From: Candidatus Woesearchaeota archaeon
GTDB taxonomy: Archaea; Nanobdellota; Nanobdellia; Woesearchaeales; UBA12501
Direction: 5' to 3'
Length of the DNA: 44,242 nt
Assembly (NCBI GenBank): GCA_016177345.1
Contig: JACOVM010000077.1
Location: 1 to 44,242, forward strand
Positions 35,327 to 43,150 of this stretch are shown here, in pieces. A program made the translations under genes and the position numbers. The notes below the pieces were generated by a model that saw nothing but the letters and a program-made list of their open reading frames with translations, was not told the DNA's origin and searched no databases. The first letter of the stretch is position 1, and each line of letters begins with the position of its first letter.

Positions 35327-35935
35327 CTATTTTTTCTTACGCATATTCTCGTGAGGATTCCGAGGATTCCATGTTAATGCCAGCATAGTAATAATGCCAA
35401 ACACTGCCCCGCTCACATTCATGATAAGGTCCCAGGCAGCATCATTCCATTCTCCGATATCTCCTGTGCCGTAGAAGAGAATGCCTTCTCCTTTCCCAAG
35501 GTAGGAGTAGCCGATGAATTCGAGGATTTCTACAAAAGTGCCCATGCCGATTGCTGCGAGGAGAGCGTATACTGCAATACGGCGATGGCTCAGCAGGTAG
35601 TTTCCACCAAAGAGCGCCTGAAACAAAACAAGAGAGATGGCGTATCCTCCAATAAAATGCATGATGATATCAAACTCAATCCCTCCTAAGTAGACATTCC
35701 CATACAACTTAAGGTGGTGAAGGATAAGGGCAAAAGCGCCTATACTGGCCTCAAATAAGGTGAGGTGCATTTTTCGATGAAGAAAATAAAAGACAAGAAG
35801 AATGGCTGCTGTGAGAAACTTATCAAAAACAAAATCAGGGTCTTTCTCAAACGAAAGCACGCCGAGCACAAGAAAGAGAAAAAAGCCAATGAACGTTGCA
35901 TAACTAATAATGGCAGATTCTGTTTCTTGTTTCAT
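35327..35935 (-). CDS. Polytopic integral membrane protein, function unknown (202 aa)
   Basis: About 6 hydrophobic helices and a basic C-terminus. No confident family call. Confidence 0.6.
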   Translation of the reverse strand: MKQETESAIISYATFIGFFLFLVLGVLSFEKDPDFVFDKFLTAAILLVFYFLHRKMHLTLFEASIGAFALILHHLKLYGNVYLGGIEFDIIMHFIGGYAISLVLFQALFGGNYLLSHRRIAVYALLAAIGMGTFVEILEFIGYSYLGKGEGILFYGTGDIGEWNDAAWDLIMNVSGAVFGIITMLALTWNPRNPHENMRKKK

Positions 35936-36012
35936 GTCGGCATGATGATGACAGAAAGTATTTAAAGATATGGGGGTTTGATGGGGTCAGAAAAACAAAG
36001 GCGTGATTGGAT

Positions 36013-36462
36013 ATGATGTTCAAAACCCATCTGGCAATTGGATTTCTTGTCGGGCTTATCGCCATGCACTATATTCAGCCATCTAACCAGGTCCTTTTTA
36101 TGATTCTTATCCTCCTTGGCAGCCTTCTTCCAGATATAGACCATCCAAACTCAACTTTAGGAAGAAAAACAAAGATCATTGCTCTTCTTTTTGAACACCG
36201 GGGATTTTTCCATGGATTTTTGTCAATCATCCCCCTTCTTTTTCTGCTCTCATTTATCCTAACAAAAGTCCAGCTTATTGCTGTTGCCCTTGGATATGCG
36301 TCCCATCTCCTCAGCGATGCGTTAACTGTTGAGGGCATCATGCCTCTCCATCCACTTTCCCGATGGAGATTAAAGGGATTTCTCAGAACAGGAGCGTTCT
36401 ATGAAGGAATATTTCTTTTAGGAGTTGTCGTTATTGACGTAATCATGCTCTGGCGACTTTAA
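36013..36462 (+). CDS. Membrane-bound metal-dependent hydrolase, YdjM/DUF457-like
   Basis: MMFKTHLAIGFLVG.., LLPDIDHPNS, GYASHLLSDALT. The maximal ORF starts at TTG 36007. Confidence 0.6.
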   Translation: MMFKTHLAIGFLVGLIAMHYIQPSNQVLFMILILLGSLLPDIDHPNSTLGRKTKIIALLFEHRGFFHGFLSIIPLLFLLSFILTKVQLIAVALGYASHLLSDALTVEGIMPLHPLSRWRLKGFLRTGAFYEGIFLLGVVVIDVIMLWRL

Positions 36463-36758
36463 AAAGAGGATTGGGGAGAAACCTGGAACTTGAAAAGTTT
36501 TCAATCTTCCCACAGGACAGTGCAAAACAGTGCTTTTACTGCGCGTATATAGAAAATTCTCCTTCTTGATACGGCACTGGACACTAGACAGGTGCGAGTG
36601 AGGTATTTAAACAAGCCGACCTGAATGGATATTACTTCCGTCGCAGCTGATGAAACCAAACACAAAAAACTGAAAAATCTTGAAAGCTCAAGAAGCAGGT
36701 GGTATGGTAAAAGGCTGTGATTGAAACAAAACCCGAATAGGAAACGGAGGTAGTACAT

Positions 36759-37031
36759 ATGACTACAAGACCAGAAGCGAAATTTCGTGCAGGACCAGTC
36801 TGCGCAACCATTTGGAACAATGTCGGCCAAACACGAGAAGGCCTTCCAACAGAATACAAGACCGTATCATTTGAACGGAGCTACAAAGATAAGGCAGGAG
36901 CATGGCAGACAACCTCATCGCTACGCCTTAATGATCTGCCACGCGCACAGGTTGTTCTTGGAAAAGCCTACGAATACATTGTTCTTCAAAACAAAAGCGG
37001 AGAGGCTCAAGAAGAGGCTATCGCAGCATAA
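36759..37031 (+). CDS. Small conserved-looking protein, possibly PC4/YdbC-like ssDNA-binding fold (90 aa)
   Basis: GGAGGT SD 8 nt upstream. Beta-rich core followed by a helix SLRLNDLPRAQVVLGKAYEYI, resembling the PC4 'GISL..EQ...L...I' end. The fold assignment is weak. Confidence 0.35.
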   Translation: MTTRPEAKFRAGPVCATIWNNVGQTREGLPTEYKTVSFERSYKDKAGAWQTTSSLRLNDLPRAQVVLGKAYEYIVLQNKSGEAQEEAIAA

Positions 37032-37036
37032 CTAGC

Positions 37037-37056
37037 TTTTTTATTTTTTTATTTTT
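37037..37056 (+). terminator. Oligo-T terminator (T6-A-T7-A-T5)
   Basis: Three consecutive T-runs begin 6 nt after the stop of 36759-37031. Confidence 0.5.
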
Positions 37057-37091
37057 AAAAAGTAAAGGAAATATCAAGAAGAGAACGAAAA

Positions 37092-37100
37092 TTTAATATA
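37092..37100 (+). promoter_or_regulatory. TATA-like box (TTTAATATA) for radA
   Basis: Lies 35 nt before ATG 37127. AAGGAG at 37112-37117 is also present. Confidence 0.35.
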
Positions 37101-37126
37101 GATTAAAAACAAAAGGAGTTGATACC

Positions 37127-38161
37127 ATGAAACGTGGTGACCTTATGAGTGAAGAAATACAAAAAGATGAAGAGTCCATACAGCCTGATGATGACATGGT
37201 GGAGGTTGTTCCTTCAGGAAATCCAAAAAAACAGGCACTTGAAAGCCTTCCAGGAGTTGGCGCGTCGACTGCTGAAAAGCTCCAAGAAGCAGGGTACTAT
37301 GACCTGATGAGTTTAGCAGTTGCTTCCCCTGGTGAACTGGTGGAAAGCGTAGGGGTCAGCGAGCCAATTGCAAGAAAGATCATTAACGCAGCAAGAAATA
37401 ATCTAGATATGGGATTTCAGTCTGGAGATGACCTTCTTAAAAAAAGAGAGCGAGTGATCAAGATCCCTATAGGATCAGATGCCTTCAACACCCTCATGGG
37501 TGGGGGATTTGAAACTGGCTCCATCACCGAATGCTTTGGTGAATTTGGATCTGGAAAAACCCAGCTTGGCCATATTCTTTGTATAAACGTTCAGAAGCTG
37601 GATCCAACTGCGGTTATCGTGTATATTGATACGGAAAACACGTTTAGGCCAGAGCGCATTAAGCAGCTTGCTGAAGGAGCTGGACTCTCCACAGAACAAG
37701 TTCTTAGTAACATCAGAGTTGGACGTGCGTATAACTCAGACCACCAGATGCTTCTTGCGGAGAAAGTTGAGGACCTTATCCAAAAACAAAACCTCAACGT
37801 CAAGCTTATTGTGGTAGACTCACTGACAGCCCATTTCAGGGCTGAGTTTATCGGCCGAGGAACCCTTGCTGAGCGGCAGCAGAAGCTGAATAAGCACATG
37901 CACACCCTTCTCAAGCTTGCCGACAGTTGTAACCTTTGCGTTTATGTTACTAATCAGGTGATGTCAAAGCCAGACGTGTTCTTTGGCGACCCGACTCAGG
38001 CGATTGGTGGCCACATTGTTGGGCACGCATCTACCTTCAGGATTTACCTTCGAAAAGGAAAGAAGGGCTCCAGAGTAGCAAAGCTGATCGACAGCCCCCA
38101 CCTTCAAGAAGGAGAATGTAACTTCTTTGTAGAAACTGGTGGTCTGAGAGACGTTAAATAA
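37127..38161 (+). CDS. radA: DNA repair and recombination protein RadA
   Basis: N-terminal HhH LESLPGVGASTAEKLQEAGY, Walker A GEFGSGKTQL, Walker B LIVVDSL, and archaeal RadA length and architecture. Confidence 0.9.
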   Translation: MKRGDLMSEEIQKDEESIQPDDDMVEVVPSGNPKKQALESLPGVGASTAEKLQEAGYYDLMSLAVASPGELVESVGVSEPIARKIINAARNNLDMGFQSGDDLLKKRERVIKIPIGSDAFNTLMGGGFETGSITECFGEFGSGKTQLGHILCINVQKLDPTAVIVYIDTENTFRPERIKQLAEGAGLSTEQVLSNIRVGRAYNSDHQMLLAEKVEDLIQKQNLNVKLIVVDSLTAHFRAEFIGRGTLAERQQKLNKHMHTLLKLADSCNLCVYVTNQVMSKPDVFFGDPTQAIGGHIVGHASTFRIYLRKGKKGSRVAKLIDSPHLQEGECNFFVETGGLRDVK

Positions 38162-38190
38162 GGACAGTAAGGATAGAAAGCCACAAACCA

Positions 38191-38215
38191 TTTTTTCCTT
38201 TTTTTATTTTCTTTT
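38191..38215 (+). terminator. Oligo-T terminator after radA
   Basis: T6-CC-T7-A-T4-C-T4 tract lies 30 nt after the radA stop. Confidence 0.5.
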
Positions 38216-38245
38216 GCTTACTAAAGTGATAGAGGTCACAGCCTT

Positions 38246-39079
38246 TTAAGCAGTTGTTCCTTTCTGTAAATACTCCATGAATTGCTGTTGGAATGCTGCA
38301 AAACTTTTTACTCCTTCTAATATTTGCTGCTTAACTTCTCTCTTTTCCTGTTTTCCGCTGTACCAACAAAGAGCTACGTTTGCTGCTTGAACAGCATGTA
38401 CAAAATGGTCAGCCTCTACACTAGTGTGAATCTTAATCCAGTAATATGCTGGAACTTCACACCCTGATATGGTCACCTTGGTGTTTTCTAAATGGTTAAC
38501 TAGGCAAGGATAGTCTCTACGAAGGGTGTTGTCTAAAGCCCTAAATTCTGAGTCAGCTAACAGTTCAGACCCAACATGAAATCCAATTGATCTAAATAGG
38601 CCTTGTTCGTCATCCTGTCTAGAATATATACCATATCCGTTAGTTACTTGTGCATCAAATTTAGCGCGAATATGTCTTAAATCATCTTGGACGTCATCAA
38701 ATGGATAGTGACTATACTCAGTTGATCCTTTAATTACTGCTTGTGCCATAGTCCTATGGGTTGGGTGGGTTGCCAGTTCACGATCGCCAAACTCGTCTAT
38801 TGCAGCAGCGAAGATATGAGAAGCGACTTCCATACTCCTGTCGTTCCACCCGCCGTGGTTAGCATTGGCTCTAAATAAATCGTCTTGAGCTCCAACTCGT
38901 CCTGCAAGCGAAGCGACTCCTGCACCAAATAATCGATTAAAGTGGACATATTTGATGATAATTGGAACAATAGTCTCTGGGGTAGCGTTGTTAAGTGCTT
39001 TCTGGAAGGATTGGTCACCAGAAGATCCAATAAGTACGTGCTCAAGGTCTTGTTTTGTTAAGGTGGTGTCGTCGACCAT
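38246..39079 (-). CDS. Heme-oxygenase-like fold protein (iron-containing redox enzyme / HDO-type family)
   Basis: All-helical 277 aa with carboxylate/His pairs on separate helices (AAIDEFGD..HPTH, GFHVGSE, SVEADHFVH = E-x-x-H). GAGGT SD lies 4 nt upstream. Confidence 0.45.
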   Translation of the reverse strand: MVDDTTLTKQDLEHVLIGSSGDQSFQKALNNATPETIVPIIIKYVHFNRLFGAGVASLAGRVGAQDDLFRANANHGGWNDRSMEVASHIFAAAIDEFGDRELATHPTHRTMAQAVIKGSTEYSHYPFDDVQDDLRHIRAKFDAQVTNGYGIYSRQDDEQGLFRSIGFHVGSELLADSEFRALDNTLRRDYPCLVNHLENTKVTISGCEVPAYYWIKIHTSVEADHFVHAVQAANVALCWYSGKQEKREVKQQILEGVKSFAAFQQQFMEYLQKGTTA

Positions 39080-39161
39080 AGGAACCTCTATTTATTTATC
39101 CCTATTGAGTAGATATAAAACATAAAGTATAAATATTTGTGTCGTAAGTAAAATAACTACG

Positions 39162-39169
39162 TTTATATA
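39162..39169 (+). promoter_or_regulatory. TATA box (TTTATATA) for the TrmB-like gene
   Basis: Lies 29 nt before ATG 39191, predicting a leaderless mRNA. It sits in the 111-bp divergent spacer shared with 38246-39079. Confidence 0.45.
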
Positions 39170-39190
39170 CTGGTTCCTGTTTAAACTTGT

Positions 39191-39922
39191 ATGGAGCAAG
39201 AATTACGGGATTTTGGCTTAAGCGACAATGAAATCAAGATCTATTTAGCGTTACTCCGTCGAGGCCTCATGAGCCCGACAGAAATTTCTAAAGAGACTGG
39301 ATTCGCCAGACCATACATTTACGATGTAGTACAACGCCTGCAAGAGAAAGGTGTCGCTGCAACAATATTAAGGGATCAGAAGCGTTGTTTTACTGCAGTA
39401 ACCCCCTCTCAATTAGTGGAATTAAGCAAGCAACGGTTAGAAGCCCTTGAAAAGGTCACAAAGAATCTTGACGCATTAAAATTTACACCAGAGCAAAACA
39501 TCAATGTCGAACTCCAAACAGGGAAATTCGTCTTCCGAACATTACTCAATGATATACTGCTTCATCTTAAAAAAGGAGATGAATCGCTATGGTATGGGAT
39601 TGATGATGCTTCGCTTATTGAAGCAGATCCCGTTATAGAAAAGAGGCTGGATCAGTATTTAGCAAAAATTGTACGAAGTGGCATTACAGAAAAGTTAATA
39701 GTAAAAAAAGGAACCAAAGTAATACCCCAGGCAAAAACAACAACATACAAATTTCTTCCAGAGGAAACAATAGGGAATCTTGCGTTTGTAACCTACGCCG
39801 ATAAGCTTGCGATATTCTTATGGGGTAATCCGAATTATCTTATTTTTATAAAGAATAAAGGGGTGGCATCATCCTACCGAAATCAGTTCCATGTTCTTTG
39901 GGAAAAGGCAACAAGCCAGTAA
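39191..39922 (+). CDS. TrmB-family transcriptional regulator
   Basis: FGLSDNEIKIYLALLRRGLMSPTEISKETGFARPYIYDVVQRLQEKGV is the canonical TrmB N-terminal wHTH. Confidence 0.75.
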   Translation: MEQELRDFGLSDNEIKIYLALLRRGLMSPTEISKETGFARPYIYDVVQRLQEKGVAATILRDQKRCFTAVTPSQLVELSKQRLEALEKVTKNLDALKFTPEQNINVELQTGKFVFRTLLNDILLHLKKGDESLWYGIDDASLIEADPVIEKRLDQYLAKIVRSGITEKLIVKKGTKVIPQAKTTTYKFLPEETIGNLAFVTYADKLAIFLWGNPNYLIFIKNKGVASSYRNQFHVLWEKATSQ

Positions 39923-40036
39923 ATAAACTCTTTTTAGCCACACGTCCAACAACTTTATAAATAACACTCTTTTCCGTCACAGCATACTCGTAAATATCGA
40001 GTAGATCGAAAGAAGGAAAGAAAGGTGAAATGAAAT

Positions 40037-40369
40037 ATGGGATATGACGACGAAAGACAGGGCTCATTTGGGCCAATCCCGGTTAAAGTAGGGGATGTAT
40101 TAGAAGTCACCATCGAGGCTGTTGGTGCAAAAGGAGACGGAATTGCCAAGAAAGACGGGTTTGTCCTGTTCGTTCCTGGCGTCAAAGAAGGGGAACGGAT
40201 TAAGATCCGAGTAACCAAAGTTCTTCGAAAAGTTGGCTTTGCTGAAAAAGTAGGCAGCGAAGAATCATCATCAAGTGATGAAGGGGATACAGGATCCAGT
40301 GATGAAGAAGCCACTGAAGGAGAGCCAGAACAGGAAGAAGACTCGGAAGACTTCGGCGACGAGAACTAA
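40037..40369 (+). CDS. Stand-alone TRAM-domain protein with acidic Ser/Glu/Asp tail
   Basis: PVKVGDVLEVTIEAVGAKGDGIAKKDGFVLFVPGVKEGERIKIRVTKV is a TRAM OB-like fold. The tail is SEESSSSDEGDTGSSDEEATEGEPEQEEDSEDFGDEN. Confidence 0.7.
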   Translation: MGYDDERQGSFGPIPVKVGDVLEVTIEAVGAKGDGIAKKDGFVLFVPGVKEGERIKIRVTKVLRKVGFAEKVGSEESSSSDEGDTGSSDEEATEGEPEQEEDSEDFGDEN

Positions 40370-40391
40370 GCTCACGCTTCTTAAGATACTT

Positions 40392-40399
40392 TTTTATAT
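40392..40399 (+). promoter_or_regulatory. TATA-like box (TTTTATAT) for the 2H phosphoesterase gene
   Basis: Lies 29 nt before ATG 40421. The surrounding T-runs may also terminate the TRAM gene. Confidence 0.35.
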
Positions 40400-40420
40400 T
40401 TCTTTTTTTTCTTATTCAAG

Positions 40421-40948
40421 ATGATCCGGCTTTTTATTGCATTGCCTCTTTCAGAAGAAGTAGAGCAATACCTTCTTACCATCACTAAGAAATTACCAGA
40501 GGATGGCTTTGCAAAAGTGAACAGTAGTCACCTTACGATCAGTTTTCTTGGGTGGGTAAACGAAAAAAATGTTCCAGAGATCATCAAACGTTTAGATTCC
40601 ATCACATTTTCGGCGTTTACCCTTCAACTTCACCATCTTGGCTTTTTTCCTGATGATAAGCACCCAAGGGTGGTTTGGATTGGCGTCTCACCACATGAAC
40701 AGGTACTATCGCTAAAAAAGAATGTTGAAGAAGCACTTTACGGCTTATTTCCTAAAGACGATCGTTTTCATCCTCATCTGACTCTTGCAAGAATAAAGTT
40801 TTTGAAAGAAAAGAAAACGATTGAAAACATGAAAAAGATGGTGATTGAGCACAAAGAGTTTTGTGCTGATAAGCTGATACTGTACCAGTCAATCCTTACA
40901 CAAACTGGGGCTGAGTATGAAGAATTGTGGTCAAAAAAAGCGAACTAA
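40421..40948 (+). CDS. RNA 2',3'-cyclic phosphodiesterase / 2'-5' RNA ligase family (2H phosphoesterase)
   Basis: Two H-x-T-x motifs (HLTISFLG and HPHLTLARI) at the expected spacing in a 175-aa protein. Confidence 0.8.
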   Translation: MIRLFIALPLSEEVEQYLLTITKKLPEDGFAKVNSSHLTISFLGWVNEKNVPEIIKRLDSITFSAFTLQLHHLGFFPDDKHPRVVWIGVSPHEQVLSLKKNVEEALYGLFPKDDRFHPHLTLARIKFLKEKKTIENMKKMVIEHKEFCADKLILYQSILTQTGAEYEELWSKKAN

Positions 40949-40956
40949 TGTTGACG

Positions 40957-41727
40957 TCATAGCACATCGCTTACTGATGCCGCTTTTCCAATATCAACAG
41001 TTTCCATGGAGGTTCCTAACGGGGAAGCATACGCTAACAAGTACACTGGAAGTTGATTTTCATGGAATCGCTGTATTTTCCGAATAAGTTTTGGCTCAGA
41101 CCGAGTTTCACGAGCGGTCAGAGTTAATATGTCGCCTCTCAGGTTTAGACTGAACAACGCGCTGTATTCTTTAATGCAAATGTGGCCCCCAGCCCCACCA
41201 CCATGACTAACACCCCCATAAGTAGGACCATCATAAACTACCCTGCTTTCTATCTCAGCTATCTCAGAAATTAAGGCGCCATTCAAAAAAATGAGCTGTT
41301 TATCACCAACAATCCTTTCTAAATCTTGAACGGAATCTGTAGGTATGACCAGTTCTCGCCCGGTTTCTGATGGCCAATACTGTTTGGCAAAGTGTTCCCC
41401 AATATAATAGACATTGCCATCTTGCACTGGTTTTAGCAAAAGTGTTTCCCTAGTAGACCGTAAGGCATCAAAAGCAATACCCATTGAAATAAGTCCTGAT
41501 AAGGCACCACAACTGCCAATAAGCACGGTACCAATTGCTTCAAGAAAACCAAGTTCTCCTTGAAGGGCATTGTAAGCATAATCACTAAGTGCATAAGCTC
41601 CCCCTCCAAATACAGCACTAAGCGCTCCTGTTCGAAGGGTATCCTCCATTACCCTTCTTAACATTCTTTGCTGCTTGGTTAAACATAGCAGTTCCAACCC
41701 TTCCTGTGCTGAACAATATCCCATCAT
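40957..41727 (-). CDS. Membrane protein with Gly-rich helices + soluble C-terminal domain, unknown function (256 aa)
   Basis: The maximal ORF (to 41895) would overlap the upstream gene by 164 nt. The ATG at complement 41725-41727 lies 4 nt after that gene's stop. The Gly-rich TM is GALSAVFGGGAYAL..AIGTVLIGSCGALSGLISMGIAF. Confidence 0.6.
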   Translation of the reverse strand: MMGYCSAQEGLELLCLTKQQRMLRRVMEDTLRTGALSAVFGGGAYALSDYAYNALQGELGFLEAIGTVLIGSCGALSGLISMGIAFDALRSTRETLLLKPVQDGNVYYIGEHFAKQYWPSETGRELVIPTDSVQDLERIVGDKQLIFLNGALISEIAEIESRVVYDGPTYGGVSHGGGAGGHICIKEYSALFSLNLRGDILTLTARETRSEPKLIRKIQRFHENQLPVYLLAYASPLGTSMETVDIGKAASVSDVL

Positions 41728-41731
41728 GTTA

Positions 41732-43150
41732 TTACTCCCGTCGTATTGGCCTATGTTTTCCAGCTCTAGCTGGAATGGAATCAACGTATCCCACGTCAAT
41801 ATCACATTCGTTATTAAAGATTTCTTGAAGCTGCTGTTGGATTGTTGAACGTATACTCTCTCTTTGTTCACTATCTCGAAGATATGGAGAGACAAGATTG
41901 ACGTGAACTTTGCCTGATTTTATTTGGACAATTTCATACTGAATCCCATGTACGGGAATGCTTAAGTCAAGAAACCATCGGTAAGCTGCATCCATTAATG
42001 ATCCAGATGGGATCAGCTTTCCAGACGGGGTTACCAAGCAATCGGCAACTCTTCCTTCAATTCCAGAAAGTTGCCGAAAGCTGCTTCCACAGGAACAAGG
42101 TTCTTGATGGGTGGGGAATGATGATAGATCCCCTTGTTTGTAGCGTATAAGCGGAGTTGCCATGTTAAGCAGGTTCGTTCCGACAACCTCACCGACGTCA
42201 CCAGGCTTGCTTGACAACCCAGTTTGATGGTCGATAATTTCAAGATAACAAGAATCTTCTTCAAGATGGTATCTCCTTTTCGGGCATTCTAATGCAATTC
42301 GAGTCAGCTCTTCGCTGCTGTATTCGTCGAGAACAAGGACACGAAGCACAGCGGATAATTCTTCACGATCTGTTCTTGTTGACTGCTCTGAATGGACAAT
42401 AACAAGCTTTCCACCAACACGCTGGATGTCTTGGAGTTGGGGTGCTAATCGCTGAAGATAGCTTGGATAAAGAGAAAGAACAGCAGGCCGGAGTGCTCGT
42501 ACCGCTGCTGCTGCATCTTCTACCTGGTGCCCTGAGGAGATAAATATGGTTGGATAAAGCCCTCCAATAGAAGTAAACCACCAAGGGCAAGTGTAGATCA
42601 GTAATGAGGAATCAGATGAAGATACTGTTCCACCACTCTGTGCTTCTATTTGGCGGCACCCCATCAGGGTATCTGTTATAACTGCCTGCTTGTCAACAGC
42701 AACTGTTACAAATTTTCCTGATGAGCCGGAGCTTCTCGTTGTAAATTCTGTAGTGTATCCTTGAGCGATGATGGCGTTTGGCCAGGCAGCAATCAATTCA
42801 TCTTTCGTTACGAAGGGGAGTAGTTCAAAATCTCGCCACGTTCGAAGATCACCAGGGTGAAGCCCTGCCGCAGCATATTTTTCTCTATAAAGTGGCACCT
42901 TGGCAAAAGCGTGTGTAACAAGATGCCGTATTTTCTTGAACTGCCATTCACGGATTGCTATAGGATCCCTAAATCGAAAATATCGAATTGATTGATAGCT
43001 ACGAAGGTAAGCCTGCAATAACTCCTGAAGATCAGCTGGAGTTTGTTCTCGATATTGAGGCCTGCCGATTTGAGAGTAATCTATCTCTCTATCGCGAGAA
43101 GCCTGCTTTGCCATATTGCAGATAAGAGATGATTCACCCATAAGGATCAT
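41732..43150 (-). CDS. Adenylate-forming enzyme, PaaK / coenzyme F390 synthetase / CapK-like
   Basis: TTRSSGSSGKF (phosphate-binding loop variant of SSGTTGKP) and LIRYKQGDL (A8-type motif). The start overlaps the upstream stop, and ATG at 43141 is also possible. Confidence 0.75.
   Translation of the reverse strand: MILMGESSLICNMAKQASRDREIDYSQIGRPQYREQTPADLQELLQAYLRSYQSIRYFRFRDPIAIREWQFKKIRHLVTHAFAKVPLYREKYAAAGLHPGDLRTWRDFELLPFVTKDELIAAWPNAIIAQGYTTEFTTRSSGSSGKFVTVAVDKQAVITDTLMGCRQIEAQSGGTVSSSDSSLLIYTCPWWFTSIGGLYPTIFISSGHQVEDAAAAVRALRPAVLSLYPSYLQRLAPQLQDIQRVGGKLVIVHSEQSTRTDREELSAVLRVLVLDEYSSEELTRIALECPKRRYHLEEDSCYLEIIDHQTGLSSKPGDVGEVVGTNLLNMATPLIRYKQGDLSSFPTHQEPCSCGSSFRQLSGIEGRVADCLVTPSGKLIPSGSLMDAAYRWFLDLSIPVHGIQYEIVQIKSGKVHVNLVSPYLRDSEQRESIRSTIQQQLQEIFNNECDIDVGYVDSIPARAGKHRPIRRE

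Noticed and set aside
35327-35935. Possible prepilin peptidase, because of a G-T-G-D string (LFYGTGDIG) reminiscent of the GxGD aspartyl-protease motif.
   Set aside because: The motif lies in a polar loop rather than a TM helix. The first catalytic Asp context of PibD/FlaK-type enzymes is absent and the helix pattern does not fit, so it is kept as an unknown membrane protein.
40957-41895. The full 312-aa version of the minus-strand ORF.
   Set aside because: Its first 56 codons overlap the 3' end of the PaaK-like gene in another frame by 164 nt. An ATG pair 4 nt after that gene's stop gives a normal operon junction.
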